A stretch of DNA of 64,000 nt from a virus. The notes under the pieces were generated by a model that was not told the DNA's origin, did no database searches, and saw only the letters and a program-made list of their open reading frames with translations. Position numbers and translations under genes: made by a program. The stretch is from IMG/VR virus record IMGVR_UViG_3300034418_008158, positions 10,245 to 74,244 of that record; one strand, 5' to 3'. Every line of letters starts with the position of its first letter. Positions within the stretch are counted from its first letter, which is position 1. This document shows, piece by piece, positions 1 to 10,196 of the stretch.

Positions 1-2
1 AA

Positions 3-776
3 AATACTGGATTTAATTTTTTAAAGGAAATGGCTTTCGTTACTAAGAATTTATTCTTATCTTTGGCAGGTATTCCTGTTAATTGGATTGCAGGAAAAAC
101 TGTATTAAAACCTTTTAGTGGTGGTACAACAGCTTTAACCGAAAGAGGTCAAAGGAATTTTCATGCTAATATGATTGATATGTCAATGCAATTATTCTGG
201 ATTGGATTCCTTTTAGCTACTAAAGCTATGCTCTGGGATGATGATGATGATAGTGATGATGATAGAAGAAAGGCACATAATATCCTTGCAAATAGGTTTA
301 TACAGTTATCTTCTCAAGCCTCCATGTATGCTAATCCTGTAGAGGCTTATGAAGCTTTTTCTGATATACCTGTAAAAAGATTCTTTACCGATGTTATAAA
401 GGTGGCAACTGAAGCTCAAGATTATTTTGAAGGAGAAGACACTCTTGCTGGGGGCCCTAATGCTGGACAATCTGCTTTAGGTAATCAGATAAAAAAGACT
501 TTCTTTCCTGGAATAGCAAAAGGTGGATTAGGTTTTGAATCAGCAATGCAAAGACAATTTGAACCACATGCTTTTGATACGTGGTTTCATGGTGAAGAGA
601 AGAAAGCAAAGAAAGTTACTCAAGGGATAAGAGCCCAATATCTATTGGAAATGGTAGAGAATGGGTTGACAAAAGAGGAAGCTAAGAAGGCAGTGAAGAA
701 GAAGTATAGAAATAAGAAGAGTGGAGACAAAGAGACTTATAAAGAACTTATTGAAGTTTATGAAAGTATAGATTAA
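3..776 (+). CDS. C-terminal part of a large protein, probably virion cargo/ejection (truncated by window start)
   Basis: Frame is open from position 3, upstream of the ATG at 30; helical protein at the end of a + strand block, where crAss-like phages place giant virion proteins. Confidence 0.5.
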   Translation, partial: NTGFNFLKEMAFVTKNLFLSLAGIPVNWIAGKTVLKPFSGGTTALTERGQRNFHANMIDMSMQLFWIGFLLATKAMLWDDDDDSDDDRRKAHNILANRFIQLSSQASMYANPVEAYEAFSDIPVKRFFTDVIKVATEAQDYFEGEDTLAGGPNAGQSALGNQIKKTFFPGIAKGGLGFESAMQRQFEPHAFDTWFHGEEKKAKKVTQGIRAQYLLEMVENGLTKEEAKKAVKKKYRNKKSGDKETYKELIEVYESID

Positions 777-844
777 GGTCAGACAAATAAAAAAGTAGAC
801 CTAAGTTTTATTTTAAACGTTTAAAATTAATTAAATCAGTAATT

Positions 845-1135
845 ATGAATTTATTTATTGCAATTTTGTTAACAATTGTTGGTGGTGTAGGAATGTATTT
901 TACACTAAAGAATTTGACAAAAATTTATGACATCATGGAAAGTAACATGTTGTCCAGAGTGGGATGGCTACTTAGAGTAGGTATTTTGCTTGATGTGTTG
1001 ATTACAACAGCAGGATTAGGAATGTTGTTTACAGGAGTTCCTGTATTAGAAATAGTGATGCCTTTTGCATCTTTTGGGTTAGGGTCTTGGTTTTTAATCA
1101 TTAATCCTACTAGAACTAAAGGTAAAAAAGCATGA
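845..1135 (+). CDS. small membrane protein (3 TM), holin-like candidate
   Basis: Three hydrophobic segments and a basic C-terminus. Confidence 0.45.
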   Translation: MNLFIAILLTIVGGVGMYFTLKNLTKIYDIMESNMLSRVGWLLRVGILLDVLITTAGLGMLFTGVPVLEIVMPFASFGLGSWFLIINPTRTKGKKA

Positions 1136-1560
1136 TGTATTTCTTTCTGAGTTCTGTAATTATCTTTCTAGGTAAGAGCTTTGCTGATGTATTTGGCAAT
1201 GAAGCTGCCTGGAATAGGTCATGGTTTAAAAAGTTTAAAAAAACTTCTTTCTTGGGCCCTAAAGATTACACTTCAGAAAGAAAAGATAGTATGGGAGCTT
1301 GGATTAGCTCCCATACTTTTCTCTCTTTTAAAATAAGTAACTATTTATCTCACACAATTCTTGTACCTTTGACTGATGCTTGGCATTTTTCAAACACTAT
1401 AAGAAGAGTAGGTATATATTTAGCTGTTTTCTTTGCATTGAAATGCGCCTTTCCAACACTAGAAGCTGCTAAATACACTGCTATCTTCATAGCTATAAAT
1501 CAAACAGGTTTCTGGTTATTCTACAATTATATTATTCAGAAATCAGCAATAAAAGCTTAG
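1132..1560 (+). CDS. membrane protein, hypothetical
   Basis: ATGA overlap with upstream gene; hydrophobic segments and a TDAWH motif. Confidence 0.5.
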   Translation: MMYFFLSSVIIFLGKSFADVFGNEAAWNRSWFKKFKKTSFLGPKDYTSERKDSMGAWISSHTFLSFKISNYLSHTILVPLTDAWHFSNTIRRVGIYLAVFFALKCAFPTLEAAKYTAIFIAINQTGFWLFYNYIIQKSAIKA

Positions 1561-1933
1561 AGTATTTCTTCTCTACAGTAAATCCTTGCTTTAGCATAGC
1601 TTGATCAAAAGTGTCTGGAAGTTGATTTGGGTCAACTAAAACACTTCCTAAGAGTTGTCCATCTTGCCCTACTTCATAATACTTTTGTATTTTTTCTACT
1701 TCTGCAAGACAGGCTTCCAAAAATTCCTTATCAGTTTTTAATAAATCTTTAGGTATAATTTCTGTTTTCTCTATCCCTAGGGTAAAATACTTTTTAAAAT
1801 GTACTAAGTAATATGTCCCACCTCTATGTATTCTTACATGAGTTGAAAAATGAGTCTTTCTTATTACATTGTCCCATGTATCATCATTCCCAAAAGTGTA
1901 AGAGTCCATATAAAACTTTGGATAAATCTTCAT
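1532..1933 (-). CDS. hypothetical protein with C-terminal KLLLLI motif
   Basis: 133-aa ORF, last gene of the minus block. Confidence 0.6.
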   Translation of the reverse strand: MKIYPKFYMDSYTFGNDDTWDNVIRKTHFSTHVRIHRGGTYYLVHFKKYFTLGIEKTEIIPKDLLKTDKEFLEACLAEVEKIQKYYEVGQDGQLLGSVLVDPNQLPDTFDQAMLKQGFTVEKKYSKLLLLISE

Positions 1934-1942
1934 AATTATAAA

Positions 1943-2701
1943 TTAAAAGGTAAATGAATAGGTTAGACCAACACCAAATTGAAGACCTGTCTGTATAGTC
2001 CCATCTCTGATCCTAGTAGCACCATAACCAGTATATACCCCCATACCAAACCTTTTCTTCTTAGCTGTTGAAACTTTGTATGATCTTACTGCTGTTGTTT
2101 CAGAGTAAGGACTATCATTAGAGATTTCAACAAAAGGTATAGGCTTTTTAAACCAACCTTGTTTTTCTTCACCAATTACTACAGAGTAAGAGTTTTTAAG
2201 TTTAAGGGAATCAATGATAAGTTCTTGTCTATTCATTGTTACTTTCCCTTTTACCCAATCATTAAGGTTAAAACTTTTAGAGTATTCAGGATAAATGTAC
2301 CAAGTACCATCTTCACTTGCCGATATAGTATCGTGATGCGTTACTACTATGTCATGAAGTATAGTGTCAATTAATGTTTCAGTTTGAAAGACTGTAACAT
2401 TTCCTGAATTCTTTAATTGTTTCTGGAACTCATTAACTTTAGTTTGAAGAGCCATGATTAAAGAGTCTGTAGTCTTTAATCTCAGGAAAGTTTTTGTCTC
2501 CTGAGACTCGAAGACACTAATTCTCGCTCTATTGATACCATCTTTATCTTTCCAGGTCTTGAGAGAATCAGTGAGTACTTCATTAAAGGCAATTTGTTCT
2601 CCAAGTTGTGAAGCTTTTTCCCTACCTCTCCACCAAAAGAAGAGAAGTAGGATAGCAAGGGCTATAATGATTATAGTTTTTAGATCAAAGAATTTTTTCA
2701 T
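1943..2701 (-). CDS. membrane-anchored coiled-coil protein with C-terminal beta hairpin; spanin-like candidate
   Basis: Start MKKFFDLK at 2701; N-terminal TM, coiled coil, C-terminal FGVGLTYSFTF outer-membrane-type strand. Confidence 0.55.
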   Translation of the reverse strand: MKKFFDLKTIIIIALAILLLFFWWRGREKASQLGEQIAFNEVLTDSLKTWKDKDGINRARISVFESQETKTFLRLKTTDSLIMALQTKVNEFQKQLKNSGNVTVFQTETLIDTILHDIVVTHHDTISASEDGTWYIYPEYSKSFNLNDWVKGKVTMNRQELIIDSLKLKNSYSVVIGEEKQGWFKKPIPFVEISNDSPYSETTAVRSYKVSTAKKKRFGMGVYTGYGATRIRDGTIQTGLQFGVGLTYSFTF

Positions 2702-2705
2702 AATT

Positions 2706-2957
2706 TTAAATTTTAAGATGTTCAGCAAATTTCTCAATTTCCATGTTAGTAAAACCTGGACTACTTTTAACTCTGAACCCAGCACGATCTAAAAGAGTTA
2801 TATTCTTATATCTAAGATCAACTCTAATCTGCGCACCATTCCCATTTGTAAAATATAGCTTTCTAGTTTTAGCTACATGTTGATGATTGAAGCCAATCAT
2901 CTTAATATAATTGATGAAGTTTTGATCACCAATAAAATTTATAACTTTCTTTACCAT
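2706..2957 (-). CDS. hypothetical protein
   Basis: 83-aa ORF filling the gap in the operon. Confidence 0.55.
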   Translation of the reverse strand: MVKKVINFIGDQNFINYIKMIGFNHQHVAKTRKLYFTNGNGAQIRVDLRYKNITLLDRAGFRVKSSPGFTNMEIEKFAEHLKI

Positions 2958-3014
2958 TTTAAAATGATTTTAAAGATAAATAAATAGAAAACTTATTGTG
3001 GTTCTTCACAATGT

Positions 3015-3539
3015 TCACTTAGAATTTTCTTCTTCTCGATCTGAACCAGAGCCACCAATCATACCCTTGGCTTTTCTAGCTTGAAGTTTTTCATAATTAG
3101 CTTGAAGAGCTTCTTCGATGTCAATACTATAGATATTTGCCAAAAGGCATAAATTCATAGCAAAGACATGGTATTCAGTGTTCAAATCAATAGCATTGAA
3201 AGAACCATCTCGATAATACTTCTTAACTATTTCAGCTATTCTCCCTAAAGCTTTGTTAGCATTAGCTTTCACTGAAGATTCCATTAAGAAGTTTTTGTCC
3301 AAAGTATGAACATCAGCAGGAAAAACATCAAGTATTTGTAATCCAGCTTCTTGACAACTAGCAGTAAGATACCAACAGACATCACCAAACTCTTTTTTCT
3401 GATCATGTTCTCCTTCTCCAAGGACTTCACAGAACTCTTGAAATTCTCCCATTAGTCCTAAAGTAGTGTAAGCTAAACCTATCTCTTTTGGATAGATAGC
3501 AGTTGATTGAATTGTTTCTTGATAAGTTTCTAAATTCAT
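3015..3539 (-). CDS. MazG-like nucleotide pyrophosphohydrolase
   Basis: LGLMGEFQE, KKEFGDVCWY, NYEKLQAR..G.I.GSG motifs; start MNLETYQ at 3539. Confidence 0.8.
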   Translation of the reverse strand: MNLETYQETIQSTAIYPKEIGLAYTTLGLMGEFQEFCEVLGEGEHDQKKEFGDVCWYLTASCQEAGLQILDVFPADVHTLDKNFLMESSVKANANKALGRIAEIVKKYYRDGSFNAIDLNTEYHVFAMNLCLLANIYSIDIEEALQANYEKLQARKAKGMIGGSGSDREEENSK

Positions 3540-3633
3540 TTTAATTGATTTTGTAGGCCAAGAGGAGTAGAGGGGTTTGAATTCCCCTACCCTTTCTTCT
3601 AGCCATAGTTGTTTAATCCAACATTCCATCTTA

Positions 3634-3864
3634 TTAGCTTTTGATACCAAAGTGAATTGCATATAGAACTTTTGAATGCCCTATAGGCATCTTCTGATAG
3701 AACTGAAGTATCTTAGCTTCCAGAATTTGATTCTGATGTTCTAAGTTATTAGTTCTTTCAGTGATGACTTTCTCAATTTCTTCAGCAAGGTTAAAAGCAA
3801 AAGCTGAAATGGGTTGATCAGATTTTGACATAGTTATAAAATTTCGCACCCACTTGGGCCACAA
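3634..3864 (-). CDS. hypothetical protein
   Basis: Short ORF between RNR and MazG-like gene; real start probably MSKSDQ. Confidence 0.45.
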   Translation of the reverse strand: MWPKWVRNFITMSKSDQPISAFAFNLAEEIEKVITERTNNLEHQNQILEAKILQFYQKMPIGHSKVLYAIHFGIKS

Positions 3865-5918
3865 GCTACTGAATCTTTCTGAGTAGTGTTATCTTCTTCT
3901 TCAATGATTTCAGTAAGATTAATATCAGTATTAAGTACGTAATCTAGTTTAGCCTTAAATACTTCTGGTGAAACTTCTTCAAAAGGTGCATCTCTATAAG
4001 TGCCACCATCATAAGGTAAGACAGATAAACCATTGAAAGTGTGCTTGTACTTCCACATCCAAGCTCCTACTGCATCCCATTCATTTACAACTAAATCTCC
4101 ATCTTGAATATCAGCATTATACGTTAATCCCACATTGTCATCTAGTCCTAATGAATACACCATATCCTTATCTACACTTACAGTAGCAGAAACATTGTTA
4201 GTGTTTGGCCCCCTATTGTGCCCTACTTGAACCCATTCAACATTGAACTTTTTAACTCTTTCTAGCATTTCAAGAGCATTTTCATTATCTCTTATTAATG
4301 CAGTTTGAGGAGCTACTTGAGGAATCCCAATAACAGCAGACATAGGATCATAATCCATCTCTTTTATCAATAATGGATGATTTTTTTTAAAGAAATTATA
4401 AAGATGATCTCCAATTCTACATTGCATATTTCTAATATACATGGCTGAGTGCCAAGCATGTATGCCTGAAGAAGTACCCACTACACAAGAGGTTGTTCCT
4501 GATGGTTTAATAGTAGTAGTTCTTGCAGCTTTGTTAATACCAATAAGATTAGCAACTCTTTCGTTCTCTTTTTTAACTAGTAAAGCAGTTTCTCTAAGAT
4601 TTAAATCATCAATATTCCCATTACAAATACCAGTAATTCCAACACCAATTAAAGCATCTTTTTCAGTATTAGTTTTCCAAATAGTACGAAGATAATGAAA
4701 GTCTGAGAATCCTGCTTGAAGAGTCCCAAAGAAGGCAGCTACTCTAGCTCTTTCATTAAAGTCATTTTGGAATTTAACCCATAATTGCATACCTTCATCC
4801 ATACTCTTTCCATCATACTCAGGACTATCTATTTTTCCTACTAACCCTTCTCCAATAGTTCCAGCATTGATTTCAGTAAGATTACAAAATGTGTAAGGTC
4901 TTAGACTGATCTCACAACATGGATTAGTACCATATTCAGGATCATTAGTAAAGTAAATACCAGGTTCTCCAGAATTTGATTCTACAGTTGTTTGCCATAG
5001 AGTTTGAAACTCTTCTTCCTTTACTCGATTTCTCAAGATGACAGCAGAGTTATTAGCTCTACCTCTTTGAGGGTTGAGTTCCCACCAGTTACCAGCTTTG
5101 GCAGTAGCCATCTCTTTATCATCCATAGAGAATAAAGCAATAAGAGCAGCTCTTCTTATACCACCAGCAAGCACTGCATCAGCTATATAACAACAAATAT
5201 CATGTACTTCAACAGTGGTAAGTTTAGAACCATTTTCTTTTTCGTTTAGAATTGCCTCTATATTTGTTAAACAAATCCTTAAAGGTTCTGGCCCTGGAGC
5301 TTTACCACCAGCAGTTACTAGTCTTTCTCCTTTCTTTCTAATATCAGAATAATCAAATCTAGGTCTTACTTTAGTGATTCCAAAATGTGATTTCATTAAT
5401 TGTTTTACTGCATCAGCCCAGCCTTCAATAGAATCACCTATAAGGTATTTTGCTTCTTTAGTTGGTTGAATAACCTCTGGCAATTCCCTTACATGATGAT
5501 ATTGTATTGAATAGCCAACACCAGTTCCACCTAAAAGTAAAAACATCAGTTCTGAAAAACCTCTGTAATCATTTATTGGCATGTAAGAACAATTGTAGAT
5601 ACGTGCTTCATTCTTCTCTATTGCTGGGCCTGCAAATTGTAGGGCTCTCATTGAAGGTAAAACTTTTTTGTCGTAGAGGTATTGGCTATTGTCGAGAATT
5701 TCTTGTACTAAAGGAGTAAATTCTCCTTCTAAAAATTGAGCTTCAGGCCATGTATTAAAAGCCTCATTATCAAATTGGTTGCCATACTTCTTGATCATCA
5801 TGGTAAGATAACGATTAATGATTTCATTCCAATCTTCTCTACGCTTTTCTTCAGGTAGGTACTTAGCATACTTATTATAGGTGACAATGTTACCTAGGAT
5901 TTCTTGCGTTTTATCCAT
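3834..5918 (-). CDS. nrdJ: class II (adenosylcobalamin-dependent) ribonucleotide reductase
   Basis: LPSMRALQF, YNC, GGTGVGYS, GGIRRAALI, TNPCCEI, CNLTE, TTIKPSGT and C-terminal ACGPSGCEI; no R2 subunit nearby. Confidence 0.92.
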   Translation of the reverse strand: MDKTQEILGNIVTYNKYAKYLPEEKRREDWNEIINRYLTMMIKKYGNQFDNEAFNTWPEAQFLEGEFTPLVQEILDNSQYLYDKKVLPSMRALQFAGPAIEKNEARIYNCSYMPINDYRGFSELMFLLLGGTGVGYSIQYHHVRELPEVIQPTKEAKYLIGDSIEGWADAVKQLMKSHFGITKVRPRFDYSDIRKKGERLVTAGGKAPGPEPLRICLTNIEAILNEKENGSKLTTVEVHDICCYIADAVLAGGIRRAALIALFSMDDKEMATAKAGNWWELNPQRGRANNSAVILRNRVKEEEFQTLWQTTVESNSGEPGIYFTNDPEYGTNPCCEISLRPYTFCNLTEINAGTIGEGLVGKIDSPEYDGKSMDEGMQLWVKFQNDFNERARVAAFFGTLQAGFSDFHYLRTIWKTNTEKDALIGVGITGICNGNIDDLNLRETALLVKKENERVANLIGINKAARTTTIKPSGTTSCVVGTSSGIHAWHSAMYIRNMQCRIGDHLYNFFKKNHPLLIKEMDYDPMSAVIGIPQVAPQTALIRDNENALEMLERVKKFNVEWVQVGHNRGPNTNNVSATVSVDKDMVYSLGLDDNVGLTYNADIQDGDLVVNEWDAVGAWMWKYKHTFNGLSVLPYDGGTYRDAPFEEVSPEVFKAKLDYVLNTDINLTEIIEEEDNTTQKDSVACGPSGCEIL

Positions 5919-6007
5919 TTTATTGAATTTTAAAATTAAATTATGTATTAGAAAAATTACCAGGAGCAGAATATACCCCTGGCTTTGGATTCATAAGATA
6001 CAAAAAA

Positions 6008-6334
6008 TTATACTATTATGTCAACTTTTGTCTCTTCTTCTTTCTCCTCTTTATTGTCAATAGCAATAATATCATCATAAGGCACAATTACATGAATGAT
6101 CATTCCCTTATCATTTTTCTCAATTAATTTTGTCCCTTGAAACTGGACATACTGAGAAAAAACAGGAGTGTCTCCTATATTAATTCTTCCTTCTGGACAT
6201 TCATCACCAACTTGGAGAACCTTGAATTTAAAATCAAACTTATCGCTATCTGAAGCGTTGTCAGGCAAAATTAATCCAGATTTTTTCTCTTTCATTTTTT
6301 GCTCAATTAAAACTCTTTTCCCTAATACTTTCAT
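6008..6334 (-). CDS. groES: co-chaperonin GroES (Cpn10)-like protein
   Basis: LGKRVLI, KSGLILP mobile loop, VLQVG, GDTPVF, DDIIAI. Confidence 0.85.
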   Translation of the reverse strand: MKVLGKRVLIEQKMKEKKSGLILPDNASDSDKFDFKFKVLQVGDECPEGRINIGDTPVFSQYVQFQGTKLIEKNDKGMIIHVIVPYDDIIAIDNKEEKEEETKVDIIV

Positions 6335-6336
6335 AT

Positions 6337-6864
6337 TTACTTTTTTGTTTTAGTACGTGTTAAAATACAATTATTTAAATAAAAACCATCCCCTTTAAGG
6401 GTAAAAGTGAAGACATTATAGTACATAGTCATTGTGTACTCCCACCTTGATTCTTCAGAAACAAACACATAAGGTTTAACAGGTGTTCCATAAATATTAT
6501 AAAGGGCTCTCATTACTTGAACTGGTCTCGCATTGTATAAAATAACTGCTGAACCTTCTTTATAGTATTTTATTTCTTCTTCTATTAAAGCTTGTATGAA
6601 ATCTTCGTTTGCAAAGTCTTCCATAGTAAAGTAGCCTGAGTCTTCTTTAGGTACTTCGACTTTTATACTTATATCATTAAGTCTTTTTTCCCAAGTTTCA
6701 AACTTTTTAGTAAGTAATAACTCGGCTTGTGCTACATCTTTATCTCTTTCAACTTCAGACAATATGGAGTATTTACTACCAAAGTACGAAGCTAAGAGAA
6801 AATTCTGGACTAAGCTAATAATTCCTAGGATAATTCCTAGAATAATAAATTCTAATAAACTCAT
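6337..6864 (-). CDS. hypothetical protein with N-terminal TM helix
   Basis: 175-aa ORF with hydrophobic N-terminus. Confidence 0.6.
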   Translation of the reverse strand: MSLLEFIILGIILGIISLVQNFLLASYFGSKYSILSEVERDKDVAQAELLLTKKFETWEKRLNDISIKVEVPKEDSGYFTMEDFANEDFIQALIEEEIKYYKEGSAVILYNARPVQVMRALYNIYGTPVKPYVFVSEESRWEYTMTMYYNVFTFTLKGDGFYLNNCILTRTKTKK

Positions 6865-6875
6865 AATTATTTTAT

Positions 6876-8345
6876 TTAAACATTTAAAAAATAAAGTTCG
6901 TGTCTGGCTCTAGTTCTAGCCACGTATTTAAGATTCTCTTCCTGCTGTAATTGATCAGGTGTAGTTGCAAACTTAGAAGGTATCAAATTCTCATTAAGTA
7001 TATACACAACATCAGCTTCTAATCCTTTTGCTTTATGTATAGTGCATAATTTAATAGAGTCTTCTTTACCTTTAAAGATCACTTTCATTAGTATTGAAAG
7101 TTTACTAACTAGTTCATGGTCAGAAAGGTTAAAGCCTTGTACTAAACGCTTAAAATTTATAGAATTCTCTAAAAAAATATGATACAACATCTTACTTCTT
7201 TCACTTCCTTCTATTGCAAGGTCAAAGAGCTTACCTTCAATCTTAGCTTTTGCACTTTTAATAGTCAACTTATCATATGGTTTTAAGAAACGTGTTACAG
7301 AGTTAAGAATATCTGTCCCTTCAATGTAGCAAGATTTACCTTGAGCAAAAAGTATAAAGTATAGATTTATGATAGGAGCAGAATTTCTGCAAACCACCAT
7401 TGATCTGTCTTTAATTTGATTATAATTGTTTATCTCTTCAACTACTCCAGGTTTTTCACTGAAGGCTTGCATTACATCGTAAACCTCATTTGCTGATTCA
7501 ATGATACCTGTATCACATCTATAGCAAATATCAAGAGTACATTCTTTTACGTTGTCTTTACCCTTAAATAAATTAAAAGAATCTGCATAAGCCCCACTAA
7601 ATCCATAGATACTTTGATTTCTATCTCCAACTGCAATCCATTTTTCAAGAGAAGGTTGTGCAATTATTTTATCAATTAAAGCATGTTGGCATAAGTTTAA
7701 GTCTTGAGCTTCATCAACCATCAAATAAGTAGGATAAATAGGAATTTCAAGATCATACCTTACAGGCACATAAATCATGTCATTAAAATCAACCACAATT
7801 TTATTACCTTCATAACTAGCATCTCTTAACTCCTTAAACATCTCCCATAAGTTTTCCATATCGGGTGCAGTATATAGGTATTTGCCTATACTAACACCAT
7901 AGTCCACTATTTGTTTATAGTCTCCTGTCAAGAATAACCTGGAGATGTCATTCATATCCATAAGTGTATAAGTAATTCTCAATTTATCTTCCCAGGAAAG
8001 GTATTTAAAAAATTTCCTGTTTTGATTTTGGAATTCTCTCACTAGATCATAATTCTTTCCTTTGTTTACTACAACTTGTTTCCAATTTCTAATTGAAGAT
8101 AAACCAAGACTATGTATAGTCAAAGATTTACCTTGTTCCAAGCCTTTGTTTTCAATTTTCTCTTGTATTTCCTTTTGAACTGAAGAGTTAAAAGCTAAAA
8201 ATAAAGTCCTATGTTTACATAAAGCAAGCAATTCAAGAAGAGTGGTAGTTTTACCACTCCCTGCAACTGCATTAATAAGGATATTATGTTTTGTGTCAGT
8301 CCAAGTTTCAAAAATTTTTTCTTGTCTTGTGCTGGCTTTTAACAT
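6876..8345 (-). CDS. UvrD/Rep-like superfamily 1 helicase
   Basis: AVAGSGKT, VDEAQD, VGDRNQSIYGF, YRC, TIHKAKGLE, YVARTRA. Confidence 0.92.
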   Translation of the reverse strand: MLKASTRQEKIFETWTDTKHNILINAVAGSGKTTTLLELLALCKHRTLFLAFNSSVQKEIQEKIENKGLEQGKSLTIHSLGLSSIRNWKQVVVNKGKNYDLVREFQNQNRKFFKYLSWEDKLRITYTLMDMNDISRLFLTGDYKQIVDYGVSIGKYLYTAPDMENLWEMFKELRDASYEGNKIVVDFNDMIYVPVRYDLEIPIYPTYLMVDEAQDLNLCQHALIDKIIAQPSLEKWIAVGDRNQSIYGFSGAYADSFNLFKGKDNVKECTLDICYRCDTGIIESANEVYDVMQAFSEKPGVVEEINNYNQIKDRSMVVCRNSAPIINLYFILFAQGKSCYIEGTDILNSVTRFLKPYDKLTIKSAKAKIEGKLFDLAIEGSERSKMLYHIFLENSINFKRLVQGFNLSDHELVSKLSILMKVIFKGKEDSIKLCTIHKAKGLEADVVYILNENLIPSKFATTPDQLQQEENLKYVARTRARHELYFLNV

Positions 8346-8731
8346 ATGTCACTATTGTTTTCTTTAGTAGCCCAATGAACTTTATCTTCAGTCTCATCTT
8401 CAATAAAGGAAAGGAAACTTTCATAATCAAATCTGTCATCCATCTCTGGTCTATGTTTCATCATCCAAGCTAAAAATAAAGTGTTGCACTGCATGTGTCC
8501 TATATGAGATAGTCCACTTTCAGGGCAGTTATCTTCACCTTCCAAAAAAGCATGTACATGCCTTAATAATGATTCACATATTTCTTGAATAGATAAACCT
8601 TTCATCCAATTGTAAGCAGCATACTTTTCAGCTCCAAATTCTAAAACTCTAACCATGGGTTCAAGTGCAGAAAAAGGTACAAGCCCCCATTGAGGCTTGT
8701 CAGTATTATATCTATCTCCTTTAGTCTTCAT
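8339..8731 (-). CDS. dATP/dGTP diphosphohydrolase-domain (DUF5664-like) protein
   Basis: K..W.L.P, VLEFGAEKYAAYNWMKG, SLLRH, D.ESGLSHIGH..CN. Confidence 0.85.
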   Translation of the reverse strand: MKTKGDRYNTDKPQWGLVPFSALEPMVRVLEFGAEKYAAYNWMKGLSIQEICESLLRHVHAFLEGEDNCPESGLSHIGHMQCNTLFLAWMMKHRPEMDDRFDYESFLSFIEDETEDKVHWATKENNSDIC

Positions 8732-9296
8732 AATTAAAAATTTCTTCTTTGTGATTTAATGGAAACTCATACTCTTCAGGCATTGTTACTAGTTCATTAG
8801 CTTTTACTTTAGTGCCATAAACTTTGTTTTGATTTTTAACAAATTCTTCAAGAGCTTTTGATTTCTTTAATAAAATGTTAGCAGCTTTTGTATCTGTTTG
8901 TAGAAATAAAGTTTTTATTTCTTCTTCAGTGTACATCTTGCTATACTTACCTTCTAAGAAATACTCATAAGTTTTTAAATAAGCTTTTGGTATTGCAATT
9001 ACTACCATATGTCTTCTAGCATCTTTAAGATCAGGAGTAAATGGGTAATCAGCAAGATAGTATTTTTCATACTTAATCCATTCTAAAAATTTTATGAAAT
9101 TTCTTGGTTGGTACTTTGCATCACAGAGTAAATAAATACTTGGTGTAGGATTAAAATGGTTGTCATCACCTATTCCTGCTGCCAATTTAAAAACTGTATT
9201 AATTTTGTCTGTAAACGTTGATCCGTAGAAAGAGAGACAAGGGCTCAGAAACTTCCAAGTTTTGTTCTCTAACATTTTTCCAATTTTAATATCCAT
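8721..9296 (-). CDS. hypothetical phage protein
   Basis: 191-aa ORF with F.EGKYSKMY motif. Confidence 0.65.
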   Translation of the reverse strand: MDIKIGKMLENKTWKFLSPCLSFYGSTFTDKINTVFKLAAGIGDDNHFNPTPSIYLLCDAKYQPRNFIKFLEWIKYEKYYLADYPFTPDLKDARRHMVVIAIPKAYLKTYEYFLEGKYSKMYTEEEIKTLFLQTDTKAANILLKKSKALEEFVKNQNKVYGTKVKANELVTMPEEYEFPLNHKEEIFNYED

Positions 9297-10131
9297 GCGT
9301 AGGTAGTTTCATACATTTAGAGAAAGTGAGGGAATCATAATACTCTTTAGCTTTTTTTAGTCTTGATTCTAAGAACATAATATCTTCTTGAATATCTCCT
9401 TGAAGTTTGTAGGTTTTAATCCTATACTCAATAGGGAGATTATTAATTGATTTTTGTTCTTTTTCAAAACGTAACATCTCTTTCTCTGAGAAATTTTTAG
9501 CATAAGTATTAAGCATTTCTTCTGGAATAGGCATAAGTACATAGTCAAGATAAGCACTAGTACAATTATAAAGAAGACAATATGCTATAAGTTGCCAATG
9601 GTACTGAAGAGGAATTCCTTTTTTCTTTTTAAAAGTTTTCCAGGTTTCAGGTACTTTTACATCTCTTACAATCTCTTGAGATGAAACAATAATATCAGCT
9701 TCTCCAGTTAAAAAGTCAAGAGACATTCTTGTTCCATTTTTCTCAAAAGACATCTTATAATACTTAGCCAGAAGCTCAATAGCACCATCTTCGCATAAAT
9801 TCCCTTTCATAATTTTAAATAAACCATCTCCTATTGAGAAATCATAGAAGCTATAGTTTAACTCTAACCATCTTTCTTCAAGATAGGTTTTAGCACCATC
9901 AGGTAAAGGGTCATGTTCTGCATTATACTTCTGAGTCATTTGACTTTTTAAACTCTTTGCATCTGTTGCTATTCCTGGTGTCATGCAGTAATCGTCAATC
10001 TTAGCAAGAGAAAAAGTCTCTTTTTTCTTTTGAACTTTTGTTTTGACTTTCTCTAGGATTTGAAAGTATGCACCCTCATCAAAGTTTGGTCTATTTGTGC
10101 ATATACTGTATGCACTCGATGATCTTATCAT
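9286..10131 (-). CDS. YqaJ/lambda-exonuclease-like PD-(D/E)xK nuclease
   Basis: IRSSS, KGNLCE, LTGEADI, DVK, YHWQLIAY. Confidence 0.85.
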   Translation of the reverse strand: MIRSSSAYSICTNRPNFDEGAYFQILEKVKTKVQKKKETFSLAKIDDYCMTPGIATDAKSLKSQMTQKYNAEHDPLPDGAKTYLEERWLELNYSFYDFSIGDGLFKIMKGNLCEDGAIELLAKYYKMSFEKNGTRMSLDFLTGEADIIVSSQEIVRDVKVPETWKTFKKKKGIPLQYHWQLIAYCLLYNCTSAYLDYVLMPIPEEMLNTYAKNFSEKEMLRFEKEQKSINNLPIEYRIKTYKLQGDIQEDIMFLESRLKKAKEYYDSLTFSKCMKLPTHGY

Positions 10132-10196
10132 AATTTTTTAGGTTAAAAGAAAAAGAAGACAATGCCATACAGCACCATCTTCTTGTTTCCAGGTGA

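Noticed and set aside
3015-8731. Z-genome (2-aminoadenine) pathway suggested by MazG-like and dATP/dGTP diphosphohydrolase genes
   Set aside because: No PurZ or HD-domain DatZ in the window; both genes are common in unmodified phages
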